Shown piece by piece: positions 37,281 through 47,086 of a DNA stretch of 64,000 bases (position 1 is the first letter of the stretch; each line of letters begins with the position of its first letter). The notes beneath the pieces were generated by a model, which did no database searches, was not told the origin of the DNA, and saw only the letters and a list, made by a program, of their open reading frames with translations. The stretch comes from a virus (taxonomy: Duplodnaviria; Caudoviricetes): positions 2,160 through 66,159 of the IMG/VR virus record IMGVR_UViG_3300003702_000001. The stretch is one strand, 5' to 3'. The position numbers and the translations under genes are program-made.

Positions 37281-37753
37281 TGATAGAAGTAGGCAGTATG
37301 ACCATCATAGATGATTGGCCCTATAGATGTGTTAAAATCGAGGATGGTACTGCTCACTTAAAGCGACTCGGAGATGAAACTAGGGGGCGCATGAGGAAAT
37401 TTACTGTTGATATGTGCCCCTACATTGACGAAAATAAAGACTTAATCACACCAAGAAAGCCTAGGCCCAAGAGAAAGACAGCAAAATCTGTAAACATCAT
37501 GAAAATCATTAGAGATGAAGTTGATATGAGTGTATCGAATGATATGGTGTATTTTGTAAGAGAATGGCTGAATACTATTATCCGTAATTTAGCATCTAAT
37601 GCTCAGGAGAATGCTATAAGAGAGAGTCACAAAAGAATCTCCGCTAAACACTGGTATTGGCTGGACATTCCTGTTGGTGTGGGTAATGGTTGTTGGGAAC
37701 AACAAGATAAATTTGCTAAGGAATGGAAACTAGAAGACTATGAGGAAAATTAA
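37280..37753 (+). CDS. Histone-fold protein 2 with N-terminal beta domain and basic linker
   Basis: IMKIIRDEVDMSVSND...IIRNLASNAQENAIRESHKRISAKH; linker PRKPRPKRKTAK. Confidence 0.7.
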   Translation: MIEVGSMTIIDDWPYRCVKIEDGTAHLKRLGDETRGRMRKFTVDMCPYIDENKDLITPRKPRPKRKTAKSVNIMKIIRDEVDMSVSNDMVYFVREWLNTIIRNLASNAQENAIRESHKRISAKHWYWLDIPVGVGNGCWEQQDKFAKEWKLEDYEEN

Positions 37754-38153
37754 TATGTTTTCTAGACAACAACTAGAAGGTATTTTATTATCCCATCCTA
37801 AAACAGAGATTAATGTCTCTAGAGATAGCACTACACATATAGGATATAGAGTAAGATTGAAAGTTAGTTTTAGGGGAGATGAACAATTTCTTAGAGCAAT
37901 CAAAAGAACATTATTACAATCAAATATTGAAGCAAGATATAAGGATAAAGAACATTCTAGTAGACCTAGACCTATACTAACTGTATCTGGGAAAAAGAAT
38001 CTTTATTTGATTTGTAAGTTAGTTCCTGATGAATTACCAGATTCAAAAAATTCATGGGGAGCATTCAAATCAGCAGTAATAATAGTAGATGATAATGACC
38101 AACATACTGCCGCAGGGTTAGACAAAATATTAATGCTAAAAGGTTTACTTTGA
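37740..38153 (+). CDS. Degenerate LAGLIDADG-fold protein
   Basis: GYRVRLKVSF...FLRAIKRTL...ILTVSGKKNL; the catalytic DG helix is not recognisable. Confidence 0.55.
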   Translation: MRKINMFSRQQLEGILLSHPKTEINVSRDSTTHIGYRVRLKVSFRGDEQFLRAIKRTLLQSNIEARYKDKEHSSRPRPILTVSGKKNLYLICKLVPDELPDSKNSWGAFKSAVIIVDDNDQHTAAGLDKILMLKGLL

Positions 38154-38497
38154 TAGGTGATTCTATGAAATGCATCCGTTGTAATATAATGGAAGCAAAT
38201 GATGACCATGAAGACGGTAAGTTATGTATTAGTTGTAGTGTTGCTGTAAATATATTAAATAAATCTGATTCACCAAGCGATAGAGAATTGCTTACTTCTT
38301 TTGCTCTAGTTAAATTAGTAGAAGGCTGCAAAGAATGTGGCTATAATAATTTTGGTTATAATGGTGGAATCTTAATAGAAGGAGAATTAAAATGGTATAT
38401 ATTACAGGTAGAATGTGGAAAATGCAACGCAGAATACGACGAAGTATTAGAAGTGAGGGCTATACATGACTCTGCTAAAAGCCAGCCAAGTCCCTAG
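38150..38497 (+). CDS. Cys-rich Zn-binding protein
   Basis: Four CxxC pairs. Confidence 0.7.
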   Translation: MIGDSMKCIRCNIMEANDDHEDGKLCISCSVAVNILNKSDSPSDRELLTSFALVKLVEGCKECGYNNFGYNGGILIEGELKWYILQVECGKCNAEYDEVLEVRAIHDSAKSQPSP

Positions 38498-39314
38498 ACC
38501 GATATTAGTTGTAGGGAAAACGGGCACAGGAAAAACAGAAAAAGCAATGAAATTACTATCGAATAATCCGATAGTGCAGTTTGCCAATGAATATGATATA
38601 GAAGACAATTATAGTATTCCTCGTTCTCGTGGAATCTTAATTGAAGAAATTCATTATAAAGCAAACACAGAACTAATCATTTTAACTATTCTCCAGTATA
38701 GAGGACAAATAGCATTAACTTCATTAAATCAGAAAGATGTTCCTAAGAAACTCTTTAATCTGTGTAAATTAACTAGGGCTGGAAAGGCTAAAGAATCTCC
38801 CTTAAAAATAATAGCACCAAGAGCAGATGAACCAAAGCAATTTGAATTAGATGTATTTTCTATTATGATGGAATATATGAAAAATCCAGATAGAGAAGAA
38901 GTATTAGAAATACTCAAGTTAAATAAACCACCTGATGTTCAATTACTAATATGGTTAGCAGGAAATATTCATCCTAATAAATTAATGTTTATTGACTCCG
39001 AAGTTAAACGGCAATGGCCCATAGATTATTTCTATGAGTTACTTGCCTATTCACATGAAGGAAGAGTTCATAGAAGAATCATCATACCAAAGAGAAGAGT
39101 ATATAATGAAGTGCCTAAGATATGTAGAAGACTAGGATTAAAACCTAAAGAATATTACAGCCTTCCTTTCTTATTGCAAGATAAAGAATTCAAAGAGTTC
39201 GCTAAAAAGATGCTAAACCATAAACAATGTAGATTTCTTAAATTAGGAGAGAAGAAGAGAAGAAAGAGAACAGACCCTATAATTCCAGAAGTTGGATTAG
39301 ATAGGTGGTTCTAA
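38466..39314 (+). CDS. rfcL: Replication factor C large-subunit-like protein (divergent)
   Basis: Walker A GKTGTGKT; degenerate Walker B ILIEE; adjacent to rfcS. Confidence 0.65.
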   Translation: MTLLKASQVPRPILVVGKTGTGKTEKAMKLLSNNPIVQFANEYDIEDNYSIPRSRGILIEEIHYKANTELIILTILQYRGQIALTSLNQKDVPKKLFNLCKLTRAGKAKESPLKIIAPRADEPKQFELDVFSIMMEYMKNPDREEVLEILKLNKPPDVQLLIWLAGNIHPNKLMFIDSEVKRQWPIDYFYELLAYSHEGRVHRRIIIPKRRVYNEVPKICRRLGLKPKEYYSLPFLLQDKEFKEFAKKMLNHKQCRFLKLGEKKRRKRTDPIIPEVGLDRWF

Positions 39315-39514
39315 TGGATGAGAATAATTTTCATATGCACATAACCAAAGTATGTATTGGGTGTGGTATTATATATCCAAGACGAAGAAAATATAGTCAC
39401 TCTCAATGGCAAAGTTCACAATACTGTGACATAAAATGTAGAAATAAAAATGTAACCGGCGGAGGCTGGTGGTATCAAAAGAGGAATAAAAATGTTATGG
39501 ACAGAAAAATATAG
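39305..39514 (+). CDS. Small Zn-ribbon protein
   Basis: CIGCG...YCDIKC. Confidence 0.55.
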   Translation: MVLMDENNFHMHITKVCIGCGIIYPRRRKYSHSQWQSSQYCDIKCRNKNVTGGGWWYQKRNKNVMDRKI

Positions 39515-40403
39515 ACCCTATAGAATAAATGAGATAATAGGACAACCAAATTTTATACTAGATGCTGAGTCTTGGCTTGTTACTAAAGAAATGCCCAACT
39601 TATTATTGTATGGTGATGCTGGAACCGGTAAGACTGCCGCCGCAGGTGCATTAGCAAATGGTATTCTAGGAGAAGAAAAGGAAACTAATTTCTTTGAAAT
39701 CAATGCTTCTGATGATAGAAAGTTAGAGACAGTTAGAACTAGGATTAAAGACATAGCCTCAACAGGTAAAATAGGTAGAGTACCATTCAAAATTATATTA
39801 CTAGATGAAATGGATGGGATGACTAAAGATGCTCAGAATGCTCTCAAAAGGATTATGGAAAGATATTCTAATAACTGCCGTTTCATTATTACATGTAATG
39901 AGCGCCATCGTATTATTTACCCTTTACAGTCTAGATGTGCTAACTATCTGTTTAAAAGACTTAGCCATGCTCATATGAGCCTTATTCTAGAGGGCATCTT
40001 AACGAAAGAAAAGATAGATACTATCAGTAAGGATGAACTAGATGGCTTTATAGGGGGGCTACATGGAGATATACGCAGGGGGATAACGGAATTACAGGCT
40101 TCTATCTCAAGTAATAGCCCTTTATCAAAAGTAATCCTCCAAAGTCTAGAACCTTACACCCTAATTATAGAAATGGTAAATGACAATAGATATGATGATT
40201 CTTTAGCGGCGGTTCATGACTTAATTTATAATTCCGTTGATATGTCAACTGTATGTGTTAATTTACATGATGTAGTGATAAAGACAGACATGATACACAC
40301 TAAGAAATTCCAACTATTACGAGTAATTGGGGAGGCAGAATGGAGAAGTAAATCTATGACTCCTAAATTGTTAGCAAGTTGGATGATAGGTCAAATGATA
40401 TAA
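39492..40403 (+). CDS. rfcS: Replication factor C small subunit
   Basis: WTEKYRP, GDAGTGKT, LLDEMD, QNAL, SRC. Confidence 0.95.
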   Translation: MLWTEKYRPYRINEIIGQPNFILDAESWLVTKEMPNLLLYGDAGTGKTAAAGALANGILGEEKETNFFEINASDDRKLETVRTRIKDIASTGKIGRVPFKIILLDEMDGMTKDAQNALKRIMERYSNNCRFIITCNERHRIIYPLQSRCANYLFKRLSHAHMSLILEGILTKEKIDTISKDELDGFIGGLHGDIRRGITELQASISSNSPLSKVILQSLEPYTLIIEMVNDNRYDDSLAAVHDLIYNSVDMSTVCVNLHDVVIKTDMIHTKKFQLLRVIGEAEWRSKSMTPKLLASWMIGQMI

Positions 40404-40404
40404 G

Positions 40405-41664
40405 GTGAAAAAAATGAATGAAAATGAAGAAAAATTAATGAATGAAATGAATAAGGGAGCAGAACTGTTAGGAATAACAGCAGAAGATGCCTCCGCGAAG
40501 GTGGATGAAATTTGCCTCCAAAATGGATTAAACAGAGAAGAAGATGCACTTCTTGTATTGAGTCTATGGAGACAATATTTCTCTAGTGTTAGAATGGCAC
40601 AGAAAAATGCAGACCCCGAAGACCCTAATACAACAACTGCAACAGGTAGTTGGATGAAGAGTGCTTTTGGTATGTTTATCGCTGTAGAAGAAGCGCGTGA
40701 TATGATGAAAATTCAGAGAACACAAGTCAAGAATGAATACCTACGAGATGCAGAAAATTGTCTTAATATGGGGAAGGTAGCACTTATTGTTGAACAGGCA
40801 AATGACCCATCTATGTACACAGTAACTAGAGTGCATGATGGTGAAAAGCAAGTGAAAGAGATAGAGAATGTTCCATTGAATAATGTAGAAGTAGATGGAG
40901 GATGGATTGTTCCTTTAGATGCTATGAAGAGTTATGGTGAAGATGCTAACCCTAATTACGGAAAGCCCCTACCAGAGAGTGAATTTCGTAGAAATGCGAT
41001 ATTTATTGGAGAAGTAGAGGGTGTATTTGGTAAGTATTACTTTAATTACAAAGGAGAAAGTTGCAAGGAGTTTAGCCCAACTTCTTTTGAATATGTACAC
41101 TTTGTATGCATTAAGAATAGAACTAACCCTAATAAAATACATGGTATTACAGATAAGACCCTTGCATCACTAATGTATAATGATGATATACCTGATGATT
41201 CCCCTGCAAAGAAGGACACATCTAGTATTGTTAAATCTGATGTATTGATGCAAACCTGTGAAGATAATTACAGTCCTCTACTTGATTTAGATAGATACCA
41301 TAGTTTGATAATGTCTAAGGATTGGGATGATAGATTCGTACTTACAGATGGTTCTGTTTCTAGTATGAACATGACTCCTACTTCTAATGGTAATAGGATT
41401 GTATCTATAACCGATTTGAATGCTGATTTTGATTATGATGGAGATGGTTGGAGTGGTACTACTTGTTGGATTCCACCTCACTTAAACCTTGACTTTGGAA
41501 TTGGTTCTAGTATAATTGTAGTAGGAAGAACTTCTCAGCGAACAGATGATGATGGCGCTTTAGAATCAAGCACTATTAATGTAACTGGAATATTAGTTAC
41601 TGTTCGTAGAGGTAAATCAGTAGAAACTGAAATACCAGTAGAAGAAGATACCGATTGGTTCTGA
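40405..41664 (+). CDS. ssDNA-binding protein (RPA-like OB folds)
   Basis: OB-like C-terminal strands (VSITDL...IIVVGRTSQ...INVTGI), acidic tail EEDTDWF, replisome context. Confidence 0.65.
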   Translation: MKKMNENEEKLMNEMNKGAELLGITAEDASAKVDEICLQNGLNREEDALLVLSLWRQYFSSVRMAQKNADPEDPNTTTATGSWMKSAFGMFIAVEEARDMMKIQRTQVKNEYLRDAENCLNMGKVALIVEQANDPSMYTVTRVHDGEKQVKEIENVPLNNVEVDGGWIVPLDAMKSYGEDANPNYGKPLPESEFRRNAIFIGEVEGVFGKYYFNYKGESCKEFSPTSFEYVHFVCIKNRTNPNKIHGITDKTLASLMYNDDIPDDSPAKKDTSSIVKSDVLMQTCEDNYSPLLDLDRYHSLIMSKDWDDRFVLTDGSVSSMNMTPTSNGNRIVSITDLNADFDYDGDGWSGTTCWIPPHLNLDFGIGSSIIVVGRTSQRTDDDGALESSTINVTGILVTVRRGKSVETEIPVEEDTDWF

Positions 41665-41673
41665 GGTCATTAT

Positions 41674-41946
41674 ATGACCACAGGAAGGAATAATTTCCAT
41701 ATTTCGGATAGAGTTATTCATGGAGATACTTTTGCAATTCTATTAAAAGAAATAGAATTTTTAACATGGAAAATGAATTCAGAAACGGGTGAGTATTGGC
41801 TTAAATTCCATTGCCCCTCTAATAAAGAAATAAGAATAAAAGTAAGCCCTGACCATTTAAATCTAATACTAGGAGAATGGTCAATTCAAAAAGGAAATAG
41901 TATTTACATTAATATAAATGGTGATGATAATGACATGGACAACTAA
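41674..41946 (+). CDS. Hypothetical protein
   Basis: ORF track. Confidence 0.65.
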   Translation: MTTGRNNFHISDRVIHGDTFAILLKEIEFLTWKMNSETGEYWLKFHCPSNKEIRIKVSPDHLNLILGEWSIQKGNSIYININGDDNDMDN

Positions 41947-42805
41947 TACAGAAGAAAATGAAAATGAAAAAAGAATGAGTTTTAAGGAAAGAAAAGCGAA
42001 AATACTAGAGCAAATTGCAGAAAGAGAAAAGAGAGATTATTCTTTTATGTGTTGCTCTATTACGGGTGACCCTAAAGTAGGAAAAACTGGAACTGCATTA
42101 GACTGTAGAACCGAAGAAGAAATTGAAAAAGGAATGAAAGTATTTCTATTAGACTTTGATGATGGAGCAGAACCTACTTGGGATTCTTGTTGGGATAGAG
42201 ATGAAAATATAATCATCTTTAATCCTCTAGAAGTTCTCCAAGATGGAAGCACTGATTGGCAAGAAACATTTACCAATGCTCATGCTTTCTGTGATTATGT
42301 TAAAGAAGAAATTAAAACCGAATTAGTAAAGGCTGTTATATTTGATGGCTTAGATAAAGCAGTAGAGGGTGCAAGCGATGTGCTTCGTGAACACTTAGTT
42401 ACACATCAAAAGCGTGACCAATCTATTATTCTAGACACAGATTCAGTTAGAGTTTCCCCTCTAGATTGGAAAATAAGAAATAGAGTTCATGAAAGATTAT
42501 TGAATGCGTTCTTAACTATTAATGCCCATAGGTTTTTGATTACACACATGAAACCTATTTATGGTGATATAGTTAATCCTACCCCTATTGGTTTTATACC
42601 TGATTGGTTGAAATCAACCCCCGCTAGATTTATACAGATGATTCATATTACTAAAACTAAAGTTGGGTCAACTACTAATTATGTGGCAGAATTACAAGCA
42701 AGTAAAACCAATTCAAAGTTAGTAGGTAAAGAATGGACTATATTCACCACCAATGGTGATAATGCTTGGAAAGGTATTCCAGAATTACGCGAGGGCACTT
42801 TATGA
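41918..42805 (+). CDS. RecA/RadA-superfamily P-loop ATPase (Sak4/AAA_24-like)
   Basis: GDPKVGKT, LLDFD, VIFDG, ITH.K. Confidence 0.75.
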   Translation: MVMIMTWTTNTEENENEKRMSFKERKAKILEQIAEREKRDYSFMCCSITGDPKVGKTGTALDCRTEEEIEKGMKVFLLDFDDGAEPTWDSCWDRDENIIIFNPLEVLQDGSTDWQETFTNAHAFCDYVKEEIKTELVKAVIFDGLDKAVEGASDVLREHLVTHQKRDQSIILDTDSVRVSPLDWKIRNRVHERLLNAFLTINAHRFLITHMKPIYGDIVNPTPIGFIPDWLKSTPARFIQMIHITKTKVGSTTNYVAELQASKTNSKLVGKEWTIFTTNGDNAWKGIPELREGTL

Positions 42806-43569
42806 GATTTAATATGGAAAGTAAACATTTCGTTAATGCTCTAAATTCTGTCACCCTTAAAGGAAAATATCCTAGTGGAGCATCATACCAGTTTAAATCT
42901 TTATCTGATTATGTTTATATTGTTAGTACCGATACTAGTTTATCATTCTTTAATGCGGATAATACAACTAGTTGTTCTTACAGAGTGTCTACAGCAGGAG
43001 ATGTAATAGATGTATTTCAAGCAGGGGAATGTATATTAGATATTCCTAAAACAATAAAGTATCTTAAAACATTTAGTGGTAATGTGTCGGTTAAAATAAA
43101 AGACTATGTTACTCTCACTACAGAAAATAAAACCGTAACAATGCCATATGTAGTTAGTCATCCCTGCTATGCGATGATTGAACATATAAGGTATCTTAAA
43201 ATACCCACAGATGGTACTATGCCTATTTTTGGTAAAGAAGATACTTCATTTGAAGCAAGGGTAACAATCAATTCAGAGAATCTTTTAGACGCGGCAAAGA
43301 GTTGTGATGTAATAGGAATGGGTCATTATAAATTTGACTACAATGGAACATCATTTTTAATGTCTAGTCCTCAAGATGGAATAGAGAGAATTGAAATCAA
43401 TGTAGAGTTACTTACACATGATGGGGATGAAGCAACAGTAGAATTAGCAGGGCCATTTGCACAATTTTTAATAGGACCGACAATGATTTTTCTTAAGGAT
43501 GAATTTCCAATATTGTTCATTTCACCCGACAGAAAGTTGCTTAAAGCACCAAGAATAACAGGTAGATAA
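42766..43569 (+). CDS. pcn: DNA sliding clamp (PCNA-like)
   Basis: ~255 aa two-domain beta pattern (FNADN, FLKDEFPI); lies next to RFC and PolB. Confidence 0.7.
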   Translation: MERYSRITRGHFMRFNMESKHFVNALNSVTLKGKYPSGASYQFKSLSDYVYIVSTDTSLSFFNADNTTSCSYRVSTAGDVIDVFQAGECILDIPKTIKYLKTFSGNVSVKIKDYVTLTTENKTVTMPYVVSHPCYAMIEHIRYLKIPTDGTMPIFGKEDTSFEARVTINSENLLDAAKSCDVIGMGHYKFDYNGTSFLMSSPQDGIERIEINVELLTHDGDEATVELAGPFAQFLIGPTMIFLKDEFPILFISPDRKLLKAPRITGR

Positions 43570-43570
43570 T

Positions 43571-45322
43571 ATGATAATCTCACAGGCTAGTAATGGAATC
43601 TCTTTATCATGGAGAGATTATGACCCCGATACAGGGGAACAAAATGCTAGATGGTCTAAATTTATTAAATATGAAGATTTCCCACCTTTCTTTTTTGTTG
43701 GAGAATCTGAACATATGCCTGAGAATTTTATAACAACTAACCGTTGGGGTAAATCTACTATAATAGAAGTTAAATATGAGGAAGGAGATTATGTTAATCT
43801 ACAAAGAGAGAAATTAATAAAAGTTCTTTGTAAATATCCATCTCAAATACCCCTAGTAAGAAAGGAATTTATACAAACATATGAAGCAGATGTTCTCTAT
43901 ACTCATAGATATGCTATTGAAGAAATAGATGAAATGCCAGAGTATAATTTAAAGAAATGGTATTGGGATATTGAATGGCAACAGGGTGGAAAACATGATG
44001 GTGCTATAACTTGTATCGTTGTGTTTGATAATTATCTTGGTGAATTTTATAGATGGTCATGGCTACCAGAAGACTTAACTAATGTAGATACTGATTCATA
44101 TGAATATGATAAGTATGGAAAGTTACATGCCAAAACTAAGACAAGTGACCATAAAACTTCTACAGGAGATATATTTAAAATAAGAGATTTTACTTATCCC
44201 AAAGAAATACAGATGTTATCTGCATTTATATCTGAATGTTTAATCCAAGACCCCGACATGTTAATTTCTTGGTTTGGTAATAAATTCGACTTACCAAAAG
44301 TATTGGAAAGATGTGTTGTAAATAAATTAGATGCAAGATTACTTTCTCCTATTTTTGAAGTGGATGGATTCATTCAAAAGAATAATGAATATATATTTAG
44401 AAAATCTTCATTTAATTCTATTGAACAACCTATCAAGGGAAGAATATGTCTTAGTTTAGATTTAGCCTTTGAAAGACAATGGAATGATGCTCAGAAAGGA
44501 ACCTTACCTTCTTTGGCTTTAGATTATGTATCTGATTTGGTTCTTGGTGAAAAGAAATTAGTTAGTAAAAAATTTCCTGATAAACAAGATTTCTTTAGAA
44601 GAGCATGGGAAGAGGATAATGAAACATATTTAGAGTATGCTTTAACAGATGTAGATTTGATTCGTAGATTAGATGAAGAAAATTATTTATCTGAAGCGAT
44701 TATATCATTACAACGATTACTTAAAGCACCATTTGAAGCATGTTTTTATGCTAGTCATATGGGTAGTATCTATTTTATGAGACATGCTTGGTGGAAAGCC
44801 CCCACTAGAGATGAGGGACCAAAGACTAGTTATCAAGGAGCAATGATATTTGACCCATTGATAGAAAAAACTAATGGATTACATATAGGTGTGGCGGCTT
44901 TTGATTTTGCAGGTCTTTATCCATCAGTTTGTGTAGCAAGGAATATTAGTTGGGAAACTAAAAGCGATGAACCAACTAAGTTTGCAGTTAATATAGCAAT
45001 ACCAAGAGATTTCTCAGAAATTACTAAGAAAGAAATGCTATATTATAAAACTGATAAACTAGGAGTCTTACCTAAAGCAGTAATTGAACTTAATAGTTTG
45101 AGAACAGATTATAAAAATAAGATGAAAAAAGCAAAGAGCCAAAGAGAATATAATAAATGGTTCAACAATCAAATGGCTGTTAAAAGATTGAGGGCATCTT
45201 TTTATGGTATTATTGGTTATCAAGGATTTGGTTGGGCAGATAGAGATTTAGCCGCATCAATAACAGCAAGTGCTAGAGAAGCAATCAGAGAAGCCACCCT
45301 CACAGCGAGGAAGATAGTATGA
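43571..45322 (+). CDS. polB: Family B DNA polymerase, N-terminal part (exonuclease, motifs A and B)
   Basis: WDIE, NKFDL, YALTD; DFAGLYPS; KRLRASFYG; stops before motif C. Confidence 0.92.
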   Translation: MIISQASNGISLSWRDYDPDTGEQNARWSKFIKYEDFPPFFFVGESEHMPENFITTNRWGKSTIIEVKYEEGDYVNLQREKLIKVLCKYPSQIPLVRKEFIQTYEADVLYTHRYAIEEIDEMPEYNLKKWYWDIEWQQGGKHDGAITCIVVFDNYLGEFYRWSWLPEDLTNVDTDSYEYDKYGKLHAKTKTSDHKTSTGDIFKIRDFTYPKEIQMLSAFISECLIQDPDMLISWFGNKFDLPKVLERCVVNKLDARLLSPIFEVDGFIQKNNEYIFRKSSFNSIEQPIKGRICLSLDLAFERQWNDAQKGTLPSLALDYVSDLVLGEKKLVSKKFPDKQDFFRRAWEEDNETYLEYALTDVDLIRRLDEENYLSEAIISLQRLLKAPFEACFYASHMGSIYFMRHAWWKAPTRDEGPKTSYQGAMIFDPLIEKTNGLHIGVAAFDFAGLYPSVCVARNISWETKSDEPTKFAVNIAIPRDFSEITKKEMLYYKTDKLGVLPKAVIELNSLRTDYKNKMKKAKSQREYNKWFNNQMAVKRLRASFYGIIGYQGFGWADRDLAASITASAREAIREATLTARKIV

Positions 45323-45633
45323 GAATTTTTAGATTGCATTGGAGAACAAGAAATAAATTGAATAGATTTCACAGTAAACTCAATAAACTATATATAGAAC
45401 GAGATAAATATATTAGATATTTACATGATAAATATGGGTCTAATGCTATTTTAATAGCAAGACATGAAGATGGATGGGAAAAAGTTATCTTGAGAAACGA
45501 TTTAAATAAGATGAAAGAAGGCAAATCTATTTTCAGACCTGCTAGATTTAGTACATTTGAAATTGAAAGAAGAATCTTAATTAACAGACCCAAAGAAGCA
45601 GATGAAGTATATATTCCTGAAAAATATAAGTGA
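45319..45633 (+). CDS. Hypothetical basic protein between the polB halves
   Basis: ORF track; ATGA coupling. Confidence 0.65.
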   Translation: MRIFRLHWRTRNKLNRFHSKLNKLYIERDKYIRYLHDKYGSNAILIARHEDGWEKVILRNDLNKMKEGKSIFRPARFSTFEIERRILINRPKEADEVYIPEKYK

Positions 45634-45638
45634 TTTCA

Positions 45639-45776
45639 ATGGTAAGAGATTGGGGAACCTGTGCATGTGGTAACCTAGTAAGACCCGACCATCTTAAAAA
45701 AGATAGAAAACAACTTTGTGGAAAATGTTATTTAAAGTATAAACAAAAAGAGAGAAAAAAGAAGGGACTAAAATGA
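45639..45776 (+). CDS. 45-aa Cys/Lys-rich protein
   Basis: Translated by hand: MVRDWGTCACG...LCGKCY...GLK. Confidence 0.5.
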   Translation: MVRDWGTCACGNLVRPDHLKKDRKQLCGKCYLKYKQKERKKKGLK

Positions 45777-45928
45777 AAGATGAAGCATGGGATAAAGTTA
45801 ATGGACCAGATATAGACAAATGGTCAGAAAAACATGTAGGTAGTTTAGCATTAACTAGAACCGTCTTAGGTTTCCTTAATTTATTATTGGGTGTTATTAT
45901 TGTATTCAAAATATTTGGGGTGATATGA
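45773..45928 (+). CDS. 51-aa membrane protein
   Basis: Translated by hand: ...VLGFLNLLLGVIIVFKIFGVI; ATGA overlaps. Confidence 0.55.
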   Translation: MKDEAWDKVNGPDIDKWSEKHVGSLALTRTVLGFLNLLLGVIIVFKIFGVI

Positions 45929-46026
45929 TGATAAATTATTGTAGTTGCCAATTTAATAGAGGTACTAGAAGTATAACTAAAAAAGGATGTTGTGCTTATT
46001 GTGGATTAGAGGTGGATGAAAGATGA
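45925..46026 (+). CDS. 33-aa Cys-rich peptide
   Basis: Translated by hand: MMINYCSCQ...GCCAYCG...; its stop overlaps the polB C-half ATG. Confidence 0.45.
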   Translation: MMINYCSCQFNRGTRSITKKGCCAYCGLEVDER

Positions 46027-46907
46027 AAGTAGTTTATGGTCATACTGATTCTATTTATGTTAAAATAGATTCTATAAAGAAGGCAAAGTCTATAGTAAAA
46101 ATAATTAATAATCATGTTAGAAGTAAATTCCCTAATGTTATGGGTTTAGAAGAGCATCCTATTAATCTAGAGTTTGAGAAATACTTTGAGAGTTTGGGGG
46201 TAGGAGCAACTAAGAATAGAAATGCAGGTTTAATTACTTGGAAGGATGGTAATTTTCTTATAGATAATGAATTTTTTATGACAGGTTTTACTGCTAAAAG
46301 AATATCAGAAACTTCTCTTGCGAAAGAAGTACAAATTAAAGTATTGAATATGTGGGTTGAACAAAAAACTAATGAAGATATACTGGAATATCTCACAGAT
46401 ATTTATCAAACTACTCTTAATGGTAATATACCATTAAAAAAGATTCTAAAAAGAAGTAGATATAAAGAAGAAAGATTTCATGTATATTGCCAATCATGTA
46501 AGAAAGCATATTATTTAACTGATACCAAATGTAATCATACCTTAACTACTTCGGAAAAGAGAGGTAGGGGTTGGGTATCAGCCGGGAAAAGACCATCAAT
46601 AGGTTCAGGAATAGTAGGTGTTTTAATGTATAATAAACTAAATAAGGAACCAATTAATGATACTTATTTATTTATGAAAATAAAAAATAGTATTCATACT
46701 ATAACCCATCCTATAAATAATATGTTGTTCAATCCTACTTACATGGCTGGTCTAGTAGAAGAAGATTTCAAAGATTTTACTCCTGATTGGGAACACTATG
46801 CACAATCAATAGTTAAAAAAGCAACTCCCATATTCAATGCTATGGAATGGGACATATATGATATTACAAAAGATGCAAGTCAAACATCTTTAGATGAGTG
46901 GTGGTAA
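46023..46907 (+). CDS. polB: Family B DNA polymerase, C-terminal part (motif C, thumb)
   Basis: MKVVYGHTDSIYV, LEFEK, KNRNAG, TGF..KR. Confidence 0.9.
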   Translation: MKVVYGHTDSIYVKIDSIKKAKSIVKIINNHVRSKFPNVMGLEEHPINLEFEKYFESLGVGATKNRNAGLITWKDGNFLIDNEFFMTGFTAKRISETSLAKEVQIKVLNMWVEQKTNEDILEYLTDIYQTTLNGNIPLKKILKRSRYKEERFHVYCQSCKKAYYLTDTKCNHTLTTSEKRGRGWVSAGKRPSIGSGIVGVLMYNKLNKEPINDTYLFMKIKNSIHTITHPINNMLFNPTYMAGLVEEDFKDFTPDWEHYAQSIVKKATPIFNAMEWDIYDITKDASQTSLDEWW

Positions 46908-47082
46908 AATAATGGGCCGCGTGAAAACCCCAAGTTGCCAGAAATGCGACACCAAAATGACGAGAATCTATGTTCGGCCAACAGGTATCAAGATGTATTG
47001 CCCGGTTGGTTTCGTTTGTATATGTGGGGGAACGATTTACGAATGGCCCACCAATATCAGAAAATGGATGGAAGGACGGTAA
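46894..47082 (+). CDS. Small Zn-ribbon protein
   Basis: CQKC...CPVGFVCICG. Confidence 0.5.
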   Translation: MSGGKIMGRVKTPSCQKCDTKMTRIYVRPTGIKMYCPVGFVCICGGTIYEWPTNIRKWMEGR

Positions 47083-47086
47083 TAGA

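Noticed and set aside
45322-46023. Split intein or intron in polB
   Set aside because: There are no intein motifs at either junction and the gap is filled by coupled small ORFs.
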